From Callorhinchus milii (lineage: Eukaryota): 64,000 nucleotides of DNA. Location: positions 66,712,001-66,776,000 of the forward strand of contig NW_024704746.1 in the NCBI RefSeq assembly GCF_018977255.1, given 5' to 3'. Every line of letters starts with the position of its first letter. Position 1 is the first letter of the stretch. The notes under the pieces are model-generated. The model was not told where the DNA came from and did no database searches. It saw only the letters and a list, made by a program, of their open reading frames with translations. Positions 13,092-22,109 of the stretch are shown one piece after another. Both the position numbers and the translations under genes were made by a program.

Positions 13092-16000
13092 CTGGTGAGC
13101 CGCGAAGAAAGAAAAGGTTTCAGTGACGGCGTTCAACGTCAAGATCAGGGCAACAGCATGGAAGAACATTCTTTTTTAAAGACATAACACTGAAGTGGTG
13201 GGTCAATACAGAATGACCCGCAATGCATCAGCCATTGTACTGAATTTTAAGAAACATCATTCAAAATCGACATTTGCAAAGGAAGGAAGAGAGAAAAGAG
13301 ATCACAAACTGCTTCTGTTGAACCAGTGTGAATGAAGCAAAACAATGGTTCATGATAATACAATAATCTTTACATCTGACATAGTACCTTATCAAATCGC
13401 TGAGATAACAACAACAAATTATATTTGTAAAGCGCTTTCACATCGGGAGGACGTCTCAAAGCGCTTTACAGAATATACTGTAAAGTGAATTGACTGTACC
13501 GTACATATTATCAGATATTAAATGCAATGGAACAATATATTATTATAAATAATATTTTGAGGGCAAAAGTGGCAGTCAATTTGCACAAAGCAATGTCCCA
13601 TAAACAGCCATGAAGCGAGTGATCAATTTTATCTGGGGATTGTTGACCAGGACACCTGGGAGATTTTCAAATAGCGTCATGGGATCTTTAACATCTACCT
13701 GATCAGGCAGACAGGGCCTCAGTTTAACATCTCTTTTGAAGGATGGGGTGCTTCCGACAATGCTGCACATCTCCAGAAGGAATGCACACATGGGTCTGCC
13801 AAATTAAGCACCTTCAGGCTTTTCTCAATATTCCACAACACAACATCAAAGTGTACAACTAATTTATTCTGTGAACGAACGCACCTCATTTTATGCAGTC
13901 AACTGGTGTATCAATGAATCTGAAAATCTAAGTGGTAAACGTCACTCAATAAATACAGAGTTAATTCACTCAGGGTTATATTTCCCCCCGCATTTTATTC
14001 AATTAAAACTGCTTTTACATCTAACGGAGAACGACACTGTCAAAGACTTTGCAGGATTATGCTGCATTCCAGAGCCAAATGCGTGACCGTTAAATTAGCA
14101 ATTACGATAATTTGGACTGAAACTCCAATTAAAATTCATGACCTTTCCTCTCAAAGATGTTAAGGAACAGAAATTATTAACTGGCTACAAATTGGAAATG
14201 TAAATATTTTTTTTTTACATACGCGCATTATCTTTGTCTTTCAGCGAATTAATTATTCCGTTCTGCCTAGATTGCTTTGGTTTCCAGGAGTCAGTTTCAA
14301 TTTTTCTCCTTAAATTGTTACACAAGTTAATTAAAGCTGCAGCCCGCCACGTTTGCCCTCAAAATATTCAGGTTTTAATAAGGAAAGGCTCATTTAAAGG
14401 TGGCTCCGGTTGAGCGTTTAAAGTTTATAGATAGCGCTTTGAGTTCCTACACCCCGAAACTCTGGAACACTCTTCCTCTATCCCTCCGCCTTGCACCTTC
14501 CTTTTTTCCACATCTTCAGGTTTCACCTGTGAAGTGCTTTGATAAGGCGCTACATCAAATGCAAGGATTATTTATTATATATTTTATTATTACCTCCCTG
14601 CCTGTTTTCAAACCCTCCTTTCGGTCAGCACATCTGCAACTCGCCTTGCTCCTGTATCAGTTCATTGCTTCCTATTCCTATATAGGCTGTTTGCCTATAA
14701 AATTCAGTCACTAAACTTTATCGTATATCCTCCGAAATGTTTTGAGACATCCTTCCAACGTGAATGGTGCTGTTGCAAAACGTAAGGATTATTTTTATTA
14801 TTATCAAGAATGACATAATTTCTACAACTAAAGCATCAACACAAATACATTCTCCAGTTCAAAAACGCTGCAAACCTTATTAAGATCAATCGCCCAGGGC
14901 ATTAGATTAAAACAATAACGCAAAAGCAGGTTCATTTAATTAACTTGCTGTGAAGCTCCATTAAGCATTTTCAAACAGACCAGGACCCCTATTCTCGCAA
15001 ATAGCCAATCCATGTCCAGATAGACTTGGTGCTTTGAAGATAAATGGAAAATGATTTGATTTTTGCCTTCTCAATGCGGCCATCACAAGGATTTATGGCA
15101 CTGGTGAAAGCGACTAATGGCGACACAGGCATCTCAATAGCAAAAAATTAATCTCTCCAACAACTGTGCAAGTGCCATAACCTGTACTGATATCCTGCCC
15201 CCTTATAGACAGCTTCAATGCCCCCCTCTGTAAATCAGACCCATTTAAACTGTTTAACTTCACCATTTGTGCGTTTCAAATCATGACTCCTAAAGCGTGC
15301 CTTCGGGGATAATTGTTTGAAGTAGTAACTAAGCTCAACGTTATAAAAAAAGTTCAATTAAGAAAGTTTCCTGAGGCTAAATGTATTGATAATAAGAATC
15401 CTTACATTTGATACAGTGCCTTTCATGTCTTAAAGTGCTTCACAGGATATACTGCACTGTAAAGTGAAGTCACTGTATTTTGTAGGCAAATGTAGCAGCC
15501 AACTTGCACACAGAAACATCCCTCAACCACCTATGAAACTATGATTTAAATGGCCAAAGTTATAAGACGTCTCAGAGTGCTTCACAGGAATTACTATGAA
15601 ATGGAGTGATTGTGTATTTGTAGGCAAATGCAGTAGCACAACAACAACAACTTAATTTATATAGCGCCCTCCACGCCGGATGGCGTCTCAGAGCGCTTCA
15701 CAGTAACGGAGCCCGGGGCTGAGCCAGGGGGAGGGGGAGGAAGGTGACCAAAGGCGCGGTCGAAAAGAAAGGTCTTCAGCTGAGACCTGAAAATGGGAAG
15801 GGAGGGAACGAGGCGAAGGGAGTGAGGAAGGGAGATCCAGAGCCTCGGGGCATAGTGGCTGAAGGTACGGCCGCCGAGGGTGGAGCGGAGGACTCGGGGG
15901 ACGAGGAGGAGGCCAGATCCGGTGGAACGAAGGCAACGGTTCACAATTGTGCACACAAGGTCCCACAAACAGCTTCAGAGTGAATGACAGATTTTATTTG

Positions 16001-19000
16001 GGAGATTTTGGTCAGGACATTGAATGAAACTCCCTTCTCTTTTCGAATAGCACTGTGGGATCGTTAACGTTCACCTAAACAGTCAGACAGGACCTGTTTA
16101 ATATCTCATCCGAAGGACAGCGCCTCCAACCCTGCCACACACCCCAGCGCTGGAGTGTCAGCTTAGTCTATGTGTTATTAGACAACACAGTACATAATTT
16201 GCACCACCCAATTCATTTCCAATCGGGGTGAATTCTCCCTCAATCTTTCTGCAATGCCCGCTCCTTCCCATTTTCCAGATCACACCTGAAGACCTTCTTC
16301 TTCCACCATGCTTACGCTCAGCTTCTCCCTCCCCTTAGCTCGGCGTTGGGCTCCGCCACTGTTATGTGTTCTAAGACGCTACCCTGCTTGAAGGGCACTA
16401 TATAAATCCAAATTGTTGCATTTGCATTTATTCTGCACCAATTCTGCATCAACAGTCCCTTGATGAAGTGACACAATCATGCAACTCTACGTAAAGAAAT
16501 GTCTTCTGATTTCACTACTAATAGGTGTAGTTATTTAGTTATCAATGTTAGTATTGTAAGATATGCTGTGTAGGTCTCAAGCAGCCAGGGGTTGCCATTA
16601 GCAATATATAATAATAATAATAATAATAATAATTTTTGCATTTGATATAGCGCTTTTCACGTCGGGAGGACTTCACAGAACACACTGTAAAGTGAATTGA
16701 CTGTATATTTGTGGGCAAACGCGGCAGCCAATTGCGCACAGCAATGTCCCACAAACAGTCGTAGATTGAAAATGACCAATTTATTAGTGTTTTGGGTTTT
16801 GGAGGGATTATTATTAGGCTCTGTGTGGAGTAAGGAAACTTGCCCAAGGTTTCGCCCTCTGCCTGGAATTGAACTCAGGTCTCTCACTTGCAAAGCGAGT
16901 GCTCTAACCACTGAGCTACAGGACTCCACAGGACTTCCATATGGGGTGGAAGCCCGTGGCTACAGGAGTTCAGGATCAGTGTGGAAGGAGTCACAGCGTG
17001 AATCTCAGGAGACACAAACGTGAATATCCATGTTATGGATGTAGAAATCCTGGACCTGACTAAGCAAGTTGCCAATGTTGTATATAAAACTCACATTGGT
17101 CACATCAGTCGGGACCATAACATTTTATATGACTTACGCAAAGTCTGAGTTGCAGGCAAACTGTATAAATCATAAAAAATCTGATTTAATCAATATTCCA
17201 CACTGCGCATGTGTAATTCAATGCAGCCAGTAAGTGCGCGTGTGGTGATGTGTCAAGACTACGTTTCCCGTGATTCAATGCCGTCTTGACCCATCGCCGC
17301 ATGCACACTTAATGGCAAGTTAAAGAATCACAAGAAATGAAGCTCTTCTGCACATGCTTTGACGGATCAAGACCGAGTTTCGTGCGAATCAAGGCGGCCA
17401 GTAAGTGCACATATGTCATCGGATCAGGATGTCATTTCCCGCGATTCAATGCATGGGTGAATGTACTACTTATTCGATTTATAATGGTAAGACTTCTGTG
17501 AGTTTTACTGTACTGCAGCAAGAACTAGTGTAGGCCTGTAGCAACAAGGGATTAGTGTTGCTGAACCTTCCTGCAGGAGACCGTGGTCAGTCACAGTGTG
17601 AATGGAGGTTTGGGAAGGTGCGAGCGAAACAGCACAGAAAGTGCCCATTCACCCAACTAGTGCAACGTACCAGGAGAGAGGGAGGGTGGGTGGTATGGAT
17701 GGACTGTGCAAAGAACCAGCGAGGGAGGGGGTATGCCGAGAGAAAGAGGGAGGAGGGATTGTGGATGATGGGAGATATGTAGAGGGAAGGAGGGAATGTG
17801 CACAAAGAGGGAGGGTGGAATGGAGGACGTGTGCGAGGAGGGAGAGAGCATGGACAGGGAGGAAAGGGATGGTACTCCGAGGGATAGAGGGAATGTGGAA
17901 AAATGGCTATGTGTGGATGGAGTTTGGAGTTTGTGAGGGAGGGAGTGTAGCATTAGTACATGAGTGTGAATGAGTCTATGTGCAAGTGAGCATGTGTGCA
18001 CACGAGTGAGTGACTGTGTGTATAAGAGTGAGTATGTGTATGATTATGAGTGTGCATGTGAATGTGTGTATGTGCATGAGCGACTGTGTGTATATGCATG
18101 AGAGTGAGTGACTGTATAGATGTGCTTGAGAGTGAGTCAGTGTATGTTTACATGCATGAGAGTGAGTAGTGTGTATATACATGAGTGTGTATGTATGTGC
18201 GTGAGTGAGTGAGTGAAAATGTGTGTGAGTGTGTGTATGTGCATAAGTGTGTAAGTGTGTGTCTGTATATGAGTATGAGAGTAAATGTGTGCTTGTATGT
18301 GTGCATGAGAGTGAGTGAGTCGTGTCTGAGCGACAAGGAGGGTCTGAGTGAGTTGTGTTGGCAGCGTGGCATGCGGGCTGAGCATGTGAGTGAGTGCGTG
18401 TATGTCCATGTGAGTGAATGTGCATGTGAGGGAGTATGTGCATGTGCATAAGTGAGTGTGTGCAAACGAGTGAGTGTGAATGTTCATGAGTGAGTGTGAG
18501 TGTGTCGGTGTGTATGTGCATGTGAGTGTATGGGCATGTGAGTGAGTGAGTGTGCATGTGAGTGAGTGATGGTGCATGTGAGTAAGTAAATGAGTGAATC
18601 TGCATGTGAGTAAGTAAATGAGTGAGCGAGTGAGTGAGTGAACAGTCAGTCAGTGAGTCGTGCTGTGTTACGGCAGGTATGGTGTCTATCTGTGTNNNNN
18701 NNNNNNNNNNNNNNNNNNNNNNNNNNNNNNNNNNNNNNNNNNNNNNNNNNNNNNNNNNNNNNNNNNNNNNNNNNNNNNNNNNNNNNNNNNNNNNNNNNNN
18801 NNNNNNNNNNNNNNNNNNNNNNNNNNNNNNNNNNNNNNNNNNNNNNNNNNNNNNNNNNNNNNNNNNNNNNNNNNNNNNNNNNNNNNNNNNNNNNNNNNNN
18901 NNNNNNNNNNNNNNNNNNNNNNNNNNNNNNNNNNNNNNNNNNNNNNNNNNNNNNNNNNNNNNNNNNNNNNNNNNNNNNNNNNNNNNNNNNNNNNNNNNNN

Positions 19001-19861
19001 NNNNNNNNNNNNNNNNNNNNNNNNNNNNNNNNNNNNNNNNNNNNNNNNNNNNNNNNNNNNNNNNNNNNNNNNNNNNNNNNNNNNNNNNNNNNNNNNNNNN
19101 NNNNNNNNNNNNNNNNNNNNNNNNNNNNNNNNNNNNNNNNNNNNNNNNNNNNNNNNNNNNNNNNNNNNNNNNNNNNNNNNNNNNNNNNNNNNNNNNNNNN
19201 NNNNNNNNNNNNNNNNNNNNNNNNNNNNNNNNNNNNNNNNNNNNNNNNNNNNNNNNNNNNNNNNNNNNNNNNNNNNNNNNNNNNNNNNNNNNNNNNNNNN
19301 NNNNNNNNNNNNNNNNNNNNNNNNNNNNNNNNNNNNNNNNNNNNNNNNNNNNNNNNNNNNNNNNNNNNNNNNNNNNNNNNNNNNNNNNNNNNNNNNNNNN
19401 NNNNNNNNNNNNNNNNNNNNNNNNNNNNNNNNNNNNNNNNNNNNNNNNNNNNNNNNNNNNNNNNNNNNNNNNNNNNNNNNNNNNNNNNNNNNNNNNNNNN
19501 NNNNNNNNNNNNNNNNNNNNNNNNNNNNNNNNNNNNNNNNNNNNNNNNNNNNNNNNNNNNNNNNNNNNNNNNNNNNNNNNNNNNNNNNNNNNNNNNNNNN
19601 NNNNNNNNNNNNNNNNNNNNNNNNNNNNNNNNNNNNNNNNNNNNNNNNNNNNNNNNNNNNNNNNNNNNNNNNNNNNNNNNNNNNNNNNNNNNCACACAGC
19701 TCGCTGTAGCGGTGGCAGCCCCTGGACAACTGCTCCACGTAGCGGCCCAGCACGTCGGTGAGGATGTCGCAGGCCGTCACCTGCACCGAGTCCCAGCCCA
19801 GAGCCTGACAGATCTGCGCCACCGACACCCGCAGCAGCGCCCGCCCGTAACTCTCGCTCAT
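12849..19861 (-). CDS. TAF3: TFIID subunit 3, 5-prime partial gene model (exons 1-2, histone-fold region); the rest of the gene lies left of the window
   Basis: join(19861-19696,13091-12849) translates MSESYGRALLRVSVAQICQALGWDSVQ...GCHRYSELY-GRTDPALDDLGQAFKLMGISLSELEDYIHNLEPIGFAHQIPAFPVSKNNVLQFP...YIPEYLPPLISSQE. Splice sites are GT-AG with consistent phase 1. It lies next to ATP5F1C as in other vertebrates. Confidence 0.96.
15637..15940 (-). mobile_element. L2-type 3-prime end with (GTT)n tail; related copies near 16260-16420(+), 20990-21210(+), 26300-26590(+), 27740-27930(-), 45480-45610(-), 52620-52970(-), 58050-58400(-)
   Basis: GGRTFSHYAPRLWISLP...FRSQLKTFLF (L2 ORF2 C-terminus), then TGTGAAGCGCTCTGAGACG...GGGCGCTATATAAAT(..)GTTGTTG. 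Confidence 0.85.
16608..16928 (-). mobile_element. SINE, young internally deleted subfamily
   Basis: Near-identical to 29432-29758 and 55838-56148. Confidence 0.9.
17081..17512. mobile_element. Tigger/pogo-like non-autonomous DNA transposon (MITE); partial relatives at 12716-12802 and 32596-32772
   Basis: Right end GTGAGTTTTACTG|TA with a decayed left TIR TAAAACTCAC. The relatives share AAGTCTGA..CTGTATAAATC and end in GTGAGGTTTACTG. Confidence 0.6.
17930..18695. repeat. Degenerate (TG)/(GAGT)/(GCAT) low-complexity tract
   Basis: Directly visible; source of the His/Thr-rich spurious ORFs. Confidence 0.9.
18696..19692. other. Assembly gap (N run) in TAF3 intron 1
   Basis: N bases. Confidence 1.
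19696..19861 (-). CDS. TAF3: TAF3 coding exon 1
   Basis: ATG at 19861, 166 nt, donor T|GTG immediately before the assembly gap. Confidence 0.93.
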
Positions 19862-20260
19862 TGTCACGGGCCGCGCGGGGCCTCGTCTCCCTCTCTCCCC
19901 CTCTCTCTCCCGCTCTCTCCCTCTCCCTCTCGGGTCCCCCGTCCGCCGGTCCTGGAAACCGTTGACCGTTAATTTTCGAACCCAATTCAAAACGAGAAGA
20001 CACCGCGACGCGGCCGCGGCCCTCGGCGGGACATGGCTCCTCTTTCCTCACTCCCCTCTCTCCCCCCTCACTCTCTCTCTCTCTCTCGCTCTCTCTCCCC
20101 CCCCCACCCTCTCACTCTCTCTCTATCTCTCTCTCCCTCTCGCTCGCTCACTCACTCCAGAGCCGCCATTTTCCTCCCGCCTCCCGCGGTCGGTCGGGTC
20201 GGGTCGGTCGGTCCTCCGAGCCAGACGTGACTAAATCGAGCGAGCGCCGAGCAATCCACC
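19862..20260 (-). promoter_or_regulatory. TAF3 CpG-rich promoter and 5-prime UTR with YY1 motif
   Basis: CpG-rich sequence upstream of the TAF3 ATG; GCCGCCATTTT at 20162-20172 (YY1 consensus); CT-rich tracts. Confidence 0.7.
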
Positions 20261-20360
20261 CACCCATCCATCCATCCATCCATCCATTGATCGTGGGTCG
20301 ATGAATCACGCCTGCCTTGGAGGACTGGGAGGACCAAGTGGCAGAGTGCCCAGAATCCTT

Positions 20361-20913
20361 GCTGGATGGCTGGGGGAGTGTTTGCGGGGTGGGGGGTTCC
20401 TGGTTGGCTGTGGCTGGGTGGGTTGCTGGGTGGGGGGGGGTTGGGTTGCTGGATGGCTGGGTGGGGGGGTTGGGGTGCTGGGGTGGGGGGGGTTGGAGTA
20501 CTGGATGGCTGGGTGGGGGGTGGGGTGCTGGGTGGGGGGGGTGGGGTGCTGGATGGCTGGGTGGGGGGGGTGGAGGCTGGATGGCTGGGTGGGGGGGGGT
20601 GGGGTGCTGGATGGCTGGGTGGGGGGGGTGGAGAGCTGGATGGCTGGGTGGGGGGGGTGGGGAGCTGGATGGCTGGGTGGGGGGGTGGGGAGCTGGATGG
20701 CTGGGTGGGGGGGTGGGCAGCTGGATGGCTGGGTGGGGGGGGTGGGGTGCTGGATGGCTGGGTGGGGGGGGTGGGGAGCTGGATGGCTGGGTGGGGGGGG
20801 GTGGGGAGCTGGATGGCTGGGTGGGGGGGGTGGGGAGCTGGATGGCTGGGTGGGGGGGTGGGGTGCTGGATGGCTGGGTGGGGGGGTTGGGTGCTGGATG
20901 GCTGGGTGGGGGG
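20361..20913 (+). repeat. G-rich minisatellite, ~29 bp unit GCTGGATGGCTGGGTGGGGGGGGTGGGG(A/T)
   Basis: Directly visible tandem array of more than 15 units. Confidence 0.95.
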
Positions 20914-21464
20914 TAGCTCTGAGACGCTACCCTAGGTGGAGGGGCGCTATATAAATGCAAGTTCGTTAATCATCCTCCCTGTTCCACAATCGGCGGCCAG
21001 GCTTTCAGCCACTACACCCCGAAACTTTGGAACTTTCTCCCTCAATCCCTCCTTCCCCATTTTCAGATCATGCCTGAAGACCTTTTTATTCAACCGTGCT
21101 TATGGTCACCTCCTCCCTCAACCTGGTTCGGTTAGTCTCCACCACTGTTAAGCACTCCGCGATGCTACCGTGTGTGAAGGGGCTATATAAACGCAAGTTG
21201 TGGTGGTTCCTCATTCAGTGTATAACCCCCCAGGCAGGTATTGTATATTCCATATAATGGAATTTCCATCCATAAATGGCTTGTATGGAACTCCGTTTGG
21301 TTTGGATATTCTTACGCATGGAGATTGTTTCCACATGTGACAAGTTATATTTGTGTAGCACCTTCCACATCTGGAGGGAGTCTCAAGGGCTGGACAATCA
21401 GGTATTGGGACCCGAGTAGGGGGTTGGGATCAGAAGTGTAGAGCAGGGAGGGTAGAGATAATAG

Positions 21465-21765
21465 GGTGACCGAAACATGGTCGAAGAGAAGGGTCTCGAA
21501 AAGTACTTTGAAAGAGGCAAGGGAGGGAGCAAGCCTGTTCGGAGTGACCTGCAGCTTGTGGAAGGAAGAGTTGGGAAAGCCGACAAGCAGGGAGTCGCAG
21601 CCGACTGCATGTAACAAATTCATGGATGAGGATCTCGACGGCTGAGGGGAGAGACAGTGGTGAAGCCGGGCAATGTTGCGGAGGTAGAGGAAGGCAGAAC
21701 AAGTCATGGATGGATGAGGGGTAGAAAGGATAATTGAGGGTCAAGCAAGACGCCAAAGTTCCGGA
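21465..21765 (-). mobile_element. L2-type LINE ORF2 fragment
   Basis: FLYLRNIARLHHCLS / EILIHEFVTCSRL, typical of the L2 RT C-terminal region; frameshifted. Confidence 0.75.
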
Positions 21766-21969
21766 CTGGCTCAGTGAGGTGGAATGTGCATCCCTGGATG
21801 GTGAACGCTACTGTCAGGACAACAGTGGTCCTGGAGTCGAAGGTGATCAAACAAACAAAAAAAAAATCAGTGATTGTGAAGCGTAATCAAATCTTACGAA
21901 CAGTCCAACATTTCGAAACATATCAATTAGAACTCTCTTAAACACGAATAAAACTGCAACAGGTGATTA

Positions 21970-22109
21970 ACTTGTAGGATTTTTATTGTAGTATAATTTA
22001 CAAACGGTGGAAGATTTGCACAAAATGTCCGAGTATGATTTTTCTTCCAACAGCAAGAGGTTTTGGATCATTTCCAATGAACTAGTTTCCTTCTGCATTA
22101 TCTTCTTAC
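21970..22109 (-). other. ATP5F1C: ATP5F1C terminal exon (G TAA stop at 22108-22106, 3-prime UTR, AATAAA at 21987-21982); 3-prime end approximate
   Basis: ctttctgtattgattctgcag|GTAAGAAG...TTTGTAAATTATACTACAATAAA. The first G completes the Leu codon and is followed by TAA. Confidence 0.82.

Noticed and set aside
17976-20051. Long ORFs of 349-691 aa
   Set aside because: They read through an N gap and low-complexity repeats; only 19696-19861 is real TAF3 coding sequence
20361-20913. Tandem array considered as CRISPR-like
   Set aside because: No unique spacers, no cas genes, vertebrate context
20148-20960. Pro-rich and Gly/Trp-rich ORFs of 189-270 aa
   Set aside because: Translations of the minisatellite, open in several frames on both strands
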